A DNA stretch of 64,000 nucleotides from Octopus sinensis (lineage: Eukaryota), in assembly GCF_006345805.1 (NCBI RefSeq), contig NC_043010.1:41416001-41480000 (forward strand), given 5' to 3'. The notes under the pieces are model-generated. The model saw nothing but the letters and a program-made list of their open reading frames with translations. It was not told the origin of the DNA and ran no database searches. Within the stretch, counting starts at the first letter, position 1. Each line of letters starts with the position of its first letter. Both the position numbers and the translations under genes were made by a program. Below, piece after piece: positions 27,050-40,413 of the stretch.

Positions 27050-28320
27050 GGTGTGTATGTTGGGGTGGGTATATGAGGCTCCGGGGTATAAGCATCTGTA
27101 TGGGATCTTTTAAGTTTATCAACAGAGACAGTGTCTCTGGAACCATTGCAGTCAATCGTGAAATATTTGTTAGAACGAGAAAGAAAACAATAAGGTCCTG
27201 AGTAAGGTTGAGTGAAAAGACTTCTCACGACGTCGTTTCTGACGAAAACGTGGGTTTACGAGGCCATATCCCTCGGGACCGCAGGTTTCACGATTTGATG
27301 CCAAGTGTTCATTGGTGGCTGGGCTTGAAGATAAGTACGAAAGCGGTTCCTATAAAGAGCGGGATCCTGAGTCGGAAGGTTTGCTGGGGCAAGTACCAGC
27401 CCAATGAAGTCCGAATGCCGACAAGTACTATGGGGAGGTACTCGAACCACCGTTGATTATCAGAGTAAGCATGAAACCCGGCTTTCAACTGCCGATGGAA
27501 GCGCTCCACTATTCCATTGGATGCAGGATGGTAGCTTGTAGTACGGACCCGTTGGGCACCGATGATCTTAGTAAGTTCCAAGAAAAGGTGGGACTCGAAC
27601 TGCCTACCACGGTCTGTAGTGATGGTGATATGAACACTGTAGCGTGATATCCAAGGCTCGTGCTACAGAGTAAGCAGAAATATCAATTAGAGGAATGGCT
27701 TCGGGTCAACGAGTGAAACGATCAATGCAAGTAAGAATGTAAGTATATCCTTGACTGACAGGCCAGGTCCAACAAGATCAATGTGATTATGGCGGAAGCG
27801 AGTGTCTGGTGTGCTGAATGTGCTGAGGGGTGCACCTTCAACCTTTGACAGTAGAGGCAAGAACGAGACCAGCCAGTGATGTCATGCCTCATATTTGGCC
27901 AGAAGAATCTAACCGTAATGAGTTTCACTGATACTGAGGCTCCAGGATTCGATACATTATGCTGGACTTAGAGTACAACAGCTCGTCTATGAGTATCTGG
28001 GACGAAGGGACGAGGGGAATCTATCGAGACGTCACACAAGATCATCTTGTCGGAGGTTAGTACAGGCAAGTAGTTAAATTTGCACGTGCAAACTCTGGTG
28101 AAGTTATCTCGAGTGAGTGCAGAGGAGGATGCTGTGAGGACAAAACATTCAGATTAATATCCACAATGGACGCGAAAGAATTGATCGGCAGGCGGGACAA
28201 TGCATCTGCAGCAGTGTTTTGAACACCAGAGATGAGTTGAATATCGCTGGTGAACTGCGATATAAAGTCCAGATGTCGAGTCTCTCTCGGTGAGTACTTT
28301 TCCGGATTGGACCGCAAGGC
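27050..28320 (-). mobile_element. Gypsy LTR retrotransposon pol remnant (RNase H, integrase)
   Basis: SPRETRHLDFISQFTSDIQLISGVQNTAADALSR; RFFWPNM...CLYCQR; RTTSYHPASNGIVERFHRQLKA; PYSGPY...VSVDKLK. Confidence 0.9.
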
Positions 28321-28329
28321 AAAAATATG

Positions 28330-28790
28330 TTTATTGTCAGGTTAATCCGGAAAAAGGAGATTCCTTCATAATTAGAGTATTCTTTTTTTGTCTCCTTAAA
28401 TAAAAATCACAAAATGTTTATCACTCCAGTGTCTTTCCAGAGTTCCAAGCCATCCGGTATATACAAGTCAGCCAGAGAATAACTTCTTTATTGAAAGCTT
28501 CTAGCATCACAGGCCGAATCTCATCCTTCCTAGCAAATTTTCTTCATTTGGGCACTTTAATCGCCTCTATAACTTCAGCCTCTGTGAGCTTACTTTTTGC
28601 TCCTAGATGTACTTCATATCCACCAGAAGACTTTGTTGTGACTGGATTTGAGAATTCTGCAAAGTATTCCCTCTACCTTCCTCCCAAGGATGCTTTTTCT
28701 GTGGGAGAGAACACCAGCCGAGTTCTTCATGGCAGGTGTGGAAAAAAGTTTCTTATTACGAAGTCTGTGTGTGTTGTGCCAGATTGCTTT
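28330..28790 (-). mobile_element. RTE-like LINE remnant
   Basis: ILGR.REYFAEFSNP and TEAEVIEAIK...DEIRPVML (pre-RT region). Confidence 0.6.
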
Positions 28791-28954
28791 TATTAGCGGA
28801 TTTAAAGTCAGAGTCCAATGCAACCCCGTTGTGTGTTTATATGTGTTTATACAAATATACACGCACACACACGCACGGACACATACACACACACGTATAT
28901 GCGTGCATGTATGTATACACGCATACATATATATATATACATACATACATACAT

Positions 28955-29071
<117 letters not shown>

Positions 29072-29079
29072 ATATATAT

Positions 29080-29337
29080 CACCGTGATCACTGTGACCGA
29101 CCAGGCTATCAGATGTTGCAACACATTGCTGGTCACAATGCGCTTCGCATTAAGCGAGCAGGCCAACAGAAGAAAGAGTGAGAGAAAGTTGTGGCGAAAG
29201 AGTACAGCAGGGATCGCCACCACCCCCTGCCGGAGACTTGTGAGCTTTAGGTGTTTTCGCTCAATAAACACTCACAACACCCGGTCTGAGAATCGAAACC
29301 GCGAGTTCGCTGCCCTAACAATTGGGCCATTGCGCCT

Positions 29338-29340
<3 letters not shown>
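29080..29340 (-). mobile_element. tRNA-derived SINE family D
   Basis: Minus head GGAGGCGCAATGGCCCA.TTGTTAGGGCAGC with B-box-like GGTTTCGATTC; second copy at 29880. Confidence 0.85.
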
Positions 29341-29400
<60 letters not shown>

Positions 29401-29620
29401 GCAAGTATGTATACACACACACACGTGCGCGCATACACACGACACGCACACACATACGCACGCATACATACACAAATAGATATAAGTAATTATTTGGACT
29501 TTGGGTATACGCTTACCTGATGTCATCCACAGTTTTGACATAAATGTCACTGGATCTAAATCGGAAACTCCGCAGTGTTCGTTGAATTTATAGAGAATGA
29601 GGGAAACGGAAAATGCGTGT

Positions 29621-29659
<39 letters not shown>

Positions 29660-29677
29660 ATACACTTACATGTATGA

Positions 29678-29723
<46 letters not shown>

Positions 29724-29724
29724 C

Positions 29725-29755
<31 letters not shown>

Positions 29756-29801
29756 ATATATATATGCGTGTATGTGTATACATATGTGTATGTATGTATG
29801 T

Positions 29802-29843
<42 letters not shown>

Positions 29844-29879
29844 ATATATATATACATACATACATGCATACATATATAT

Positions 29880-30131
29880 GTGATCACCGTGACCGACCAG
29901 GCTATCAGATGTTGTTACACATCGCTGGTCACAATGCACTTCGAGCAGGCTAACAAAAGAAAGAGTGGGAGAAAGTTGTGGCGAAAGATCACCACCTATC
30001 CCCTGCCGGAGCCTCGGGGAGCTTTAGGTGTTTTCGCTCAATAAACACCCACAACACCCGGTCTGGGAATCGAAACCGCGATCCTACAACTACGAGTCTG
30101 CTGCCCTAACCACTGGGCCATTGTGCCTCCC
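29880..30131 (-). mobile_element. tRNA-derived SINE family D
   Basis: Head GGAGGCACAATGGCCCAGTGGTTAGGGCAGCAGACTCGTAG...GGTTTCGATTCCCAGA. Confidence 0.85.
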
Positions 30132-30184
30132 ACATATATATGTATATATATATATGTGTGTGTGTGTGCGTGTATATATGTGTG

Positions 30185-30267
<83 letters not shown>

Positions 30268-30269
<2 letters not shown>

Positions 30270-30556
30270 CAATATTAAGGAATGGCCTTGATAGGCCATT
30301 CGACCCACTAGAAAGAGCAGCTAAACTCAAACCGCTAAATAGTTGTAATTCAGAAATCAAAGGAAAATAAAAACATTTACCCTTATAATCTTTGGACTAT
30401 GCATAGTTTCGACATACATATTGGCAAACCGATTTAACTAAATTAAATCTATTTTATTTTCCTTTGATTTCTGAATTACAACTATTTAGCGGTTTGAGTT
30501 TAGCTGCTCTTTCTAGTGGGTCGAATGGCCTATAAAGGCCATTCCTTAATATTGTT
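30268..30556. repeat. Foldback element with about 105-bp arms and an HHR 3' half in the spacer
   Basis: Arms 30268-30372 and 30452-30556 are nearly identical; the spacer reads GAAAC-TATGCATA-GTC on the minus strand (30395-30410); (TA)n flanks. Confidence 0.88.
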
Positions 30557-30667
30557 GAATGTATATTATATATAGTCTGTTGACTATTTTTTTTCTTTCT
30601 AACTGGACCGCTGGTGGCGATAAAAATTTCTCTTGAATTTTTTGCTACCCTGATATTGATTGATATA

Positions 30668-30749
<82 letters not shown>

Positions 30750-30866
30750 TGTATGTATTGATGTTGTATGTATGTATGTATGTATGTATGTATGTATGTA
30801 TATATAATATATATATATATAATATATAATATATATATATGTATGTTATAGGTATGTATGTATATA

Positions 30867-30902
<36 letters not shown>

Positions 30903-30907
30903 CATAC

Positions 30908-31009
<102 letters not shown>

Positions 31010-31991
31010 GTATATATGTGTGTGTGTTGTGTATAACATGGATCAGACCGACCGACAGACCGGCAGGCTGGCAGATAGACAGACAGACTGGTCTCTATAC
31101 CAGTATGTCGCAATGTTGAGTTGTCTTTGTGTTTATTCCTTTTCTTATCGTTTCATTCAGTGGAGTTAATCAGTCATTAAGGTAACTGACTGACAATTTT
31201 TTTTATAAAAAAAAAAGACTTCCTTTGTTAATATTGGGGCCAGACTATCATTGTTCAGAATGTTACCTCGACTAAATCGTCAAGGATTGGTAGACAGTAA
31301 TCTCGAGTAATGACCCTTCGTACAGATGTGAACATATGTTATGCAATACGGGTGGAGTGCGAGAGGGGAGGTTCAGAAGGGAGTGAACATGTGATATGAA
31401 AACCTGTATGTGTTACACTTCAGTTGTTTACGAAAATAACTTTGTCAACATATATATTCTTTTATCATTTTACTGGCTTCAGCTATTAGACTGTGGCCAT
31501 GCTGGGGTACCACTTTCGTGAATTTATTTTCTGATATCCGCCCCAGTAGTTTATTGCATATTTACTGTTAACTACATGTTGTTAACAATAACTAATACTG
31601 CATAAATAGATACTGCAATAACACAAGCACACACCAAGCTGCATTAGTATCGTACAAGAACCCATTTGATTGTGGTGAAGTGAACTTCTTAACCGCACAG
31701 TAATATTTGCGCGTATATATCAGGCAGAATTAGTGTGGCCTTTGTGTTACAAAGGGCTTTGGTAGTTTTTGTTTATCCTATTTATCTTATTTTGCTTAGC
31801 CACATGCTAAGACACATGCTCGAGATGCTAACAATGGGATGGAACCCAGTGACTCATGGCTGCAAAATAACCATGGCAATGCGTGACTACACTCATGCAC
31901 ACACATATAGGCATGTATTCGTGTGTGTGCTTGTGCGTGTATATATATACATGTATATATATATATATATATATATGCGTGTATATATATA

Positions 31992-32252
31992 GGGCGGCGA
32001 GCTGGCAGAAACGTTAGCAAGGGCTGCGAGCTGGCAGAAACGTTAGCATGCCGGGCGGAATGCTCAGCGGTATATCGTCTGTCGTTACGTTCTGAGTTCA
32101 AATTCCGCCGAGGTCGACTTTGCCTTTCATCCTTTCGGGATCGATAAATAAAGTACCAGTTTCGCACTGGCGTCGATGTAATCGACTTAATCCTTTTGTC
32201 TGTCCTTGTTCGTCCCCTCTATGTTTAGTCCCTTGTGGGCAGTAAAGAAATA
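31992..32252 (+). mobile_element. SINE family B, full length with duplicated head
   Basis: GCGAGCTGGCAGAAACGTTAGCA occurs twice, then core and tail. Confidence 0.9.
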
Positions 32253-32397
32253 TATATTTGATGAGGACAGTATCAAACTTATTATATCGTATTACAAAGA
32301 CGATATTGACCACAAGGGCAAGAAAATTCTTTGACCATCCTTGGATGTTATCCTAATGTTGCTGGTTGTATAGGGGGCCCCCATAACATTTTAAGCT

Positions 32398-33255
32398 TCA
32401 GAGCCCCAATATTGTAGATCCGTCACTGCTACCACCAATGAGTTCGCCCTGTTTTGGATGGTTTTTTACCAACATTTTAAAATTATCACTACTTCTACTT
32501 CTACTCAATGAAACATAAAGTTGTCCATGGCTGAAAACTGGTGATGGTAGGATGATGTCAACAGTATTGAAGCTCTGCCCTTGTGATTTGTTTATAGTCA
32601 TTGCAAATGCTGGGATAACAGGAAGCTGTTGTCTATTCATACTAAAGGGAAGGGTTGTATCACTGGGACGGAGGTTTATGCGCGGAATAAAGGCCTCCTC
32701 ATCTTTCTTACTTCCACTAAGTATTTTCCATGAATGAAAAAATCCTTGAGTGAACCTCTCACTGGATTCAGGTTCTTTAGCAGCATGACTATCGAATGCC
32801 TCTTCAAGGTCAGTATATTTTAAAAACTCTACTGGACAATGTATAACAGCTTCGTTATTTTCTTCAACAATGGTGTCAAAGCTTCTGCAGGTTGTTGCCT
32901 TACTAGGCAATAATAATATTATGTGTTTATGTGAAGACAATCTTTGTTTTTCCACCAAAAGTTCTCTAACAATGTTATTTGTAGATATCATGTTTTGGGG
33001 AATTTCTATGAGGTTTTCTTCCAGTCCTTCATTGTTGGAGAGGGTTCCATTTCCAACTTCTAAGAGCCACATTTTGAAGTCATCTTGTTCAGCCATGCGC
33101 ATATTTTCTGTCAAACTGAGTTTTGTTACGAAATGCCAGAAAGGAGATGGCTTAATTGGGGATTCAATTACTGCTGCATTGGATCCTGTTGGGATGTCAG
33201 GTGCAGTTTGTCTGAAGTCTCTGCCAAGTAGGAGCACTTTTCCGCCGATCAATGG
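32398..33255 (-). pseudogene. Helitron PIF1-family helicase C-terminal remnant
   Basis: GGKVLLLGRDFRQTAP, LTENMR, FIPRINL, PAFAMTINKSQGQS, VFSHGQLYVSLSR; internal deletions. Confidence 0.88.
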
Positions 33256-33309
33256 CTCTCAGAGCATTGCATGATAACACTGATACTTAAATTTTCAATT
33301 ATGATAACA

Positions 33310-34400
33310 TTGATGCTTTAATTTTTCCTTAGGTGTGTGACAAGATCTATATTGTCTGTGTTTTGGCTGTAAGATTGGTAGTGCTTGTGGAGTCTGTATG
33401 TGTTGTAATTTGTATTTGAGGTGGCAGTATTGGTGAACGTGTTGTTATTGGTTGTCGTGTGTGTGCTGCTGCTGCTGTTGGGGAGTTCAGCTTGTTTGCG
33501 ACTCCCCTTCTTTTCTAATAGTTCTTTATTTCTTTTTTGGTGTGGAGGCACTGTATGCCACTCCCTCTCCTCGACCTCAGTACTTAATCAGTCCGTGTTG
33601 TTTGGGTTGGGAAGGGGAATTTTTCTGGGTCTTGGACTTGTTGTGGGGATTATTTGTTTGTGGTACTGCTGTTGCTGTTATTGTAGTTGTTGTTGTTGTT
33701 GGTGGTGGTGGTGGTCCTCTGAATGCTGTGGCTTTGGGTGTTGAAAAATTCCATGACGGCTGGAGGCAGTATCACTGGTGGTGGTGGTGGTGTTGGTGGT
33801 GGTGGTGATGGTGGTGATGGTGGTGATGGCGCTACTGTTACCTTTCGTGCATCGATCGCTGGTCTCTGCTGCCGCTGATGTGGTACTGACACTGGTGTTG
33901 GTAGCAGTGCAGGCCGCAGCTCCTTGCATTTGGGGCAATCGACCTTGAAGTGTTTATCACCACAGAGATAGCACCTCGGCTTCTTGCCTTCTACGGCCAC
34001 GTGTAGTTTCGTACCATCCGGCAAGTTTATCGAGTTGAGGATGGCATTTATGCCCTCTTGTTCAATTTTGTTGGTGCGACTTGTGTACTTCCAGTATTGT
34101 GGCAGTGACCTCTATGACTAAGCGAACTGCAAATATTTATTCCTGGGGGCACCTCCCCAATTTTAATTCTCGTAACGCGCTGACAAAGGTATGTCGGCAC
34201 GATCATAAAATCTTCTGAATTTAGTAGCACTGTGGAATGCTGTCTTGCTTCTTCCTCTGTTGCAAAACGCACTTCTACAGTGCCGAACCATTTTCTACGC
34301 GTCGCATACATCTTCTCTTTCCAAATTGGTTTTAAAATTAATTCCAGTTGTTGCTGTGTTCCAGTCCTTTTTTTCTTTTTGTTTATACATTTATAAATTA
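33310..34400 (-). mobile_element. Tx1-like LINE ORF1 remnant (RRM-like region, zinc knuckle, Pro/Thr-rich tail)
   Basis: FGTVEVRFATEEEA...PTYL...RIKIGEVPP; LPDGTKLHVAVEGKKPRCYLCGDKHFKVDCP. Confidence 0.7.
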
Positions 34401-34439
34401 TAGTTTTTTTTCTGTTTGTGTCTTTTATTATTTCTTGTG

Positions 34440-35555
34440 GAGTATTTAGTGAGACGCCTTGGAATGGTCAGGTGGCCAGTCTTCTGCCAGTGTGGCAGCT
34501 AGGCATGTGCTGGCATTTGATGCGCAGACATGCACTAAGGTTGCGCTACCTGCACCAATTTCTGGACGCTGAATGTGTGGGGACTCCGTTTGTGAGGCAC
34601 GTCTTTTCGTAGCTCGTCTGCTAGACAGAGCTGCAGTCCTGGGTGAAGGAAAGGCCGAGCCCGAGTGCTTAGCACCTACTGTGTCGTCAGGCAATGATTA
34701 GTGGTGAGAGAAGTGCGACGACGTTCTCGGGGAGACACTGGGCGTCGACGGAAACTAACTGGCTAGTCTGTTTACGGAGGACTTTCCGGTCAGGGGCCAC
34801 CACGGGTAACTTCCAGATGTCCTTGGTATGGCAGTGCTACTGAGGGTGGGGACGCTGCCAGTTCGGGATAAACTCTACAAGCTTGTCCAAAGCGCACGCA
34901 GAGCGACGAAGCCAACTTGCAATAACTCTTTCTCCGGGCATTGCTGATTTGTAGATATATGCCGAACAACTGCTGTCGCAATGGAACGGATTCGTCTGCC
35001 TCCCGAGTTCATAGCGATGATTGCCCCACCGCCCTCCTTCAATCGGGCAGGCAAGACTGTTTTCCTTTGCTTGGTGACTGTGGCAAAAGAGGTTGTCTGG
35101 TGCATGAGGTTGAAACGATGAGGAGAGAGACATCCCTCATCGACTTTTTCAAGTTTCGCTCGCAAAGGAAAGTGAGGGTGGAGTGGGTTGTGCCGTCCTC
35201 GGTGAATTTATTGAAAAGTGAGTGGAAGTTGTGAAACTGGCAAGAGTAGATGGTACCACTCTGTTTACCTGTGAGTAGGAAAAAAATGAATTGGAGAGGG
35301 CACTTGCCCTTGCTGTCCAGGGAGATCTTAAACCCTCTCTGTGTCAGGAAAGCTACATAACTATCATCCTTTTCCCTTCTTTTCTTTTATTATTTTATGC
35401 TATGTATACTTCCCTTCTTTGTGTTGTTGTATACCATGTTTGTTGCATTTTTTATCATTTCATCATATATAAAATACCACACTTTGTGTCTTTGTATTGT
35501 CCGCTTCATCCTGCGCCCTGGTGGCCAATAAAAGGAATCATCATTATTATTTTTT
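34440..35555 (+). mobile_element. Tx1-like LINE ORF2 3' fragment and tail
   Basis: LGMCWHLMRRHALRLRYL, CLVTVAKEVVW, tail GCCCTGGTGGCCAATAAA followed by (ATT)n. Confidence 0.8.
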
Positions 35556-36422
35556 ATTTATCTGTTATATTATACTACGCGTGCCTGAATTTCTTTTTAT
35601 TTTGTCCACGTATTAAGCTTAGGCCAAGGAAGGTAATAGTTCGTATGGAGAAATATATAAGGGGAGAGAGAGGGGGGAACTAAGCGTGAGAGAAACAGAA
35701 TGAGAGAAAATGGGGTGAAGGTCTATATTTCTCTGCATTTGCGTGTTCAAATCGCAGATGCAGTCGAAATGTTTAACAATGAAGCAACGTCATGAAGATC
35801 TACAGATTAAAAGATATAGCGATAAATAGTTTAATTAAAGTGAAATAAACTTAGTGATCAGAAAGCTGTACACGTTACACTTTTATTATTTACGTGTTCC
35901 AGACCATGATGAGGTACCGCCATTATTCACGTATTTATTAATTACTAGGAGTAGCCGTGGAAATTTCCCGAAAAATGAGAATTAGCGTTCCTTTATAAAT
36001 TGTATATTCTGCATACCTTTGGTTTAAAAATACATTTCAGTCCTTCTGGATAAGGCTGTAATTCAAGGAGCATGAATTTCCCATACTCTCAGAAGTTCGG
36101 AGGTTCATTTATAAATCTAAGAGCTTCACAATGATAACAGAGAATATTTATATCACTAACGTAACTATCAACCGTGTGTTTACAGGGTTTTTTTCTTTTT
36201 GGCGTTCCCTCTGATTTACATCTTATATTCTAGCTTGAATACATCCCCTTATCTGTTGTAAATACTTACTCTATACTCTTTCATTCATATCTTCTATACG
36301 CTGATGCTCCCGTGCTTGTTCTAGTGTCTCGACCCTTTGCTTCTCTTTGCGTCATTGACTAATCGGTTTCATTATTTCTGTTGTTAGCTTACATCGTCTG
36401 TCAGCTATATTTTATAAACAAA

Positions 36423-36781
36423 CTAGCAGTATCGCTCGGCGTTGCTCGGGTTTGTAAGGGAAATAACTATATAAGCATTTTTAGAGATGTAAAGTATAAT
36501 AGCCATCTCAGCTTTTTACGTTCTGAGATTTAATAATAAATTTTTAGAGAGTTACTTCCCTTATATATGCCAAAAATAATTAAAAATGGGGAAAATTGAT
36601 GGTAATTTTTTTTTTATCGTAGACTCATCGTAGACGCGCGCTAATACCCAGAAGGGCTCGATATGAATCACGACTATAAGATACCCGGTTTTAGTTAAAC
36701 TGCACCGCAAAATGTGGGAGTAGTTAGGAATCTAAATCGTAGGAGACAGACAGCACACAACCTCTCTTTTATATATAAAGA
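36423..36781 (-). mobile_element. Non-autonomous Helitron
   Basis: Same family as 14638; TC start, hairpin and CTAG end. Confidence 0.88.
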
Positions 36782-37983
36782 TATCAATTTTCAATGGAAC
36801 AGACGATCAATAATTGCACTTATAAGTATGCGTTAAATGATAGGTGATATAAAAAAAAAACTTAGTTCAATTAAAAAAATTACACTTTTCCTTATCCAAT
36901 CACCACCGCCAACATCCAATTTAGATCAGTCTCGGTCTTTGCTTCACTATCGCCTTTTTAATGTTTTCTTCTTTTTTTTTTAATGTGCACTTCTTTTCTT
37001 TTCCTTTTATATCATTTCCATTTTATGTAAATCCCAACAATTTATATCCGTCTTTGTTTTGTTCTCTTCCTCTGTTGCCCTGGTGACAAATAAAAGGAAT
37101 CATCATTATTATTTTTTATTTATCTGTTATATTATACTACGCGTGCCTGAATTTCTTTTTATTTTGTCCACGTATTAAGCTTAGGCCAAGGAAGGTAATA
37201 GTTCGTATGGAGAAATATATAAGGGGAGAGAGAGGGGGGAACTAAGCGTGAGAGAAACAGAATGAGAGAAAATGGGGTGAAGGTCTATATTTCTCTGCAT
37301 TTGCGTGTTCAAATCGCAGATGCAGTCGAAATGTTTAACAATGAAGCAACGTCATGAAGATCTACAGATTAAAAGATATAGCGATAAATAGTTTAATTAA
37401 AGTGAAATAAACTTAGTGATCAGAAAGCTGTACACGTTACACTTTTATTATTTACGTGTTCCAGACCATGATGAGGTACCGCCATTATTCACGTATTTAT
37501 TAATTACTAGGAGTAGCCGTGGAAATTTCCCGAAAAATGAGAATTAGCGTTCCTTATAAATTGTATATTCTGCATACCTTTGGTTTAAAAATACATTTCA
37601 GTCCTTCTGGATAAGGCTGTAATTCAAGGAGCATGAATTTCCCATACTCTCAGAAGTTCGGAGGTTCATTTATAAATCTAAGAGCTTCACAATGATAACA
37701 GAGAATATTTATATCACTAACGTAACTATCAACCGTGTGTTTACAGGGTTTTTTTCTTTTTGGCGTTCCCTCTGATTTACATCTTATATTCTAGCTTGAA
37801 TACATCCCCTTATCTGTTGTAAATACTTACTCTATACTCTTTCATTCATATCTTCTATACGCTGATGCTCCCGTGCTTGTTCTAGTGTCTCGACCCTTTG
37901 CTTCTCTTTGCGTCATTGACTAATCGGTTTCATTATTTCTGTTGTTAGCTTACATCGTCTGTCAGCTATATTTTATAAACAAA

Positions 37984-38364
37984 CTAGCAGTATCGCCCGG
38001 CGTTGCTCGGGTTTGAAAGAGAAATAACTATATAAGCATTTTTAGAGATGTAAAGTATAATAGCCATCTCAATATGGCTAACCTACTGTAGCTTTTTACG
38101 TTCTGAGATTTAATAATAAATTTTTAGAGAGTTACTTCCCTTATATATGCCAAAAATGCATTAAAAATGGGGAAAATTGATGGTAAATTTTTTTTTAAAT
38201 CGTAGACTCATCGTAGACGCGCGCTAATACCCAGAAGGGCTCGATATGAATCACGACTATAAGATACCCGGTTTTGGTTAAACTGCACCGCAAAATGTGG
38301 GAGTAGTTAGGAATCTAAATCGTAGGAGACAGACAGCACACAACCTCTCTTTTATATATAAAGA
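37984..38364 (-). mobile_element. Non-autonomous Helitron (duplicated copy)
   Basis: Same family; about 20 bp longer than the 36423 copy. Confidence 0.88.
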
Positions 38365-38749
38365 TATCAATTTTCAATGGAACAGACGATCAATAATTGC
38401 ACTTATAAGTATGCGTTAAATGATAGGTGATATAAAAAAAAAACTTAGTTCAATTAAAAAAATTACACTTTTCCTTATCCAATCACCACCGCCAACATCC
38501 AATTTAGATCAGTCTCGGTCTTTGCTTCACTATCGCCTTTTTAATGTTTTCTTCTTTTTTTTTTAATGTGCACTTCTTTTCTTTTCCTTTTATATCATTT
38601 CCATTTTATGTAAATCCCAACAATTTATATCCGTCTTTGTTTTGTTCTCTTCCTCTGTTGCCCTGGTGACAAATAAAAGGAATCATCATTATCATCACCT
38701 TCAGCACTATCAACGCAATAGTCTTTGTCTTTGTCATCGTCGTTGTTGG

Positions 38750-38934
38750 TTCTTCTTTTTCTTCTTCTTCTTCTTCTTCATCTTCTTCTTCCTCCTCCTC
38801 CTCCTCCTCCTCTTCTTTTTCATCTTCTTCTTCTTCCTCCTCCTCTTCTTCATCTTCATCTTCTTCTTCTTCATCTTCTTCTTTATCTTCTTCTTCATCT
38901 TCTTCTTTTTCTTCTTCCTCCTCCTCCTCTTTTT

Positions 38935-38965
<31 letters not shown>

Positions 38966-39045
38966 TTCTTCCTCCTCCTCCTCCTCTTCTTCGTCTTCGT
39001 CTTCTTCTTCTTCTTCTCTTCTTCTTCTTCTTCTTCTTCTTCTCA
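38750..39045. repeat. (CTT/CCT)n pyrimidine-rich triplet tract
   Basis: Directly visible. Confidence 0.95.
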
Positions 39046-39227
39046 TCATTAAAAATATTAATACGCTAACTTTTTGTTTTTGTATGTACCTGCTATGTGC
39101 AAAACAGTTACTTCTTTGAAGTGACAAAGCGAGGAAGAGGAGGATAGAGAGGGAGTAAGAGAAACAGAGAGAGAGAGAGAGGGAGGGAGAGAGAGAGAGA
39201 AAGTGAGAGAGTGAGAGAGTTAAATAG

Positions 39228-39790
39228 TATTTCTTTATTCACCATAAGGTTGAGAAAAAGAGGGGACAAAACAAACGTTGGGGTCAGGGTATCGAATGAG
39301 ACGAAACGTATGAATAAACAAACAATTAAAATATATACAATTAAATGAGAATGGGTGATTAACAAAAAATGAAGCGGAGGACGCGGTTGACCCCACAAAC
39401 CACATACTCACACTGAAGACTTTGCTTTCTCCTTTTTTACATTCTCGATTAAACAGGTCCTTTCACTCGCAACATACTTGCTATATACTTCCATCTTTTA
39501 CGAAACACACTTTGCGACAGGCATTTCTTCTCCAGCCTTATTTTCCGTTTCATGTGGAAAACAAAAAAGTCGATTAGCTCGAGACTGGAGATAAACATGC
39601 CTGTTGCAATTCCTTTCGCTCTCGTCTTCCATACTACCTCTTTTGCCACAGCAACTACCGAGAGAAAACAGGCTCGCTCCTCCCTATTCAGGGAGGTCGG
39701 CGGAACTATCTTAATTACAGATTCGCTCGACAGTTGTACTCTTCTCGAATGCGACAGCAGGTGTTCGACATAAGCCCAGAGTTCAGTCAC
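39228..39790 (-). mobile_element. Tx1-like LINE 3' end
   Basis: ELWAYVEHLLS...FLSVVAVAKEVVWKTR...FHMKRKIRLE...RW; tail with AATAAA. Confidence 0.85.
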
Positions 39791-40139
39791 CTTGGATCAT
39801 TGACAGCGTTCGTTTTGTGTTTTTAAATGTTTCAGAGAAGACGTAAGAGAGAAAGTGAGAGAGTGAGAGAGAAAATGAGAGAGAAAGAGAGATAGCTTGT
39901 GAGTGGTTACGGCGTTCGTTTTGTGTTTTTAAGTGTTTATTACATCGCATGAGAAGTAGATACATAGATACATATACACATTGTTAAATCAAAAGTGGGA
40001 GAGAAGAGTGGCACAAAGGAAGTAAGAGAGAAAGTGAGAGAGACGGTAGATACATAAATCCAAAGAAAAGTTCATAGATACATAGACACAGTAAATATTG
40101 GCTGTCAATTTCACTATTCATTACCACACGAGGATAAAA

Positions 40140-40260
40140 TTAACTCACAAATGGCTGAGTACTCCACAGACATGCATAAAATTAAAGTAGTTCTCAGGGA
40201 GATTCAGCCTCACACAGAATATGACAAGGCTGGTCCCTTTGAATTACAGCTACAACTCGA
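40140..40260 (-). mobile_element. SINE family C fragment
   Basis: Matches 2874-2993. Confidence 0.7.
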
Positions 40261-40413
40261 GTCATATATATATGAATGTATTTGTGTGTATATATGAGTA
40301 TTTGTGTGTATGTTGTATATGTATATTTATGCATGTGTGGCTATTTATATGACTGTATGCAGGTGTGCATGTGCATGTTTATGTACGTATATGAGTGTAT
40401 ATATGTATATGCA

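Larger units (their letters stand above)
35515..38690. repeat. Tandem duplication with units of about 1562 and 1583 bp
   Basis: GCCCTGGTG.CAAATAAAAGGAATCATCATT recurs at 35515, 37077 and 38660; unit interiors are near-identical. Confidence 0.95.

Noticed and set aside
32398-33252. Host PIF1 helicase gene
   Set aside because: Intronless, internally deleted, with Helitron-type motifs and no N-terminus
33310-35555. Twin-priming inversion of a single LINE
   Set aside because: The inverted ORF1 and late ORF2 pieces are separated by kilobases of missing element and no TSD is seen; probably independent fragments
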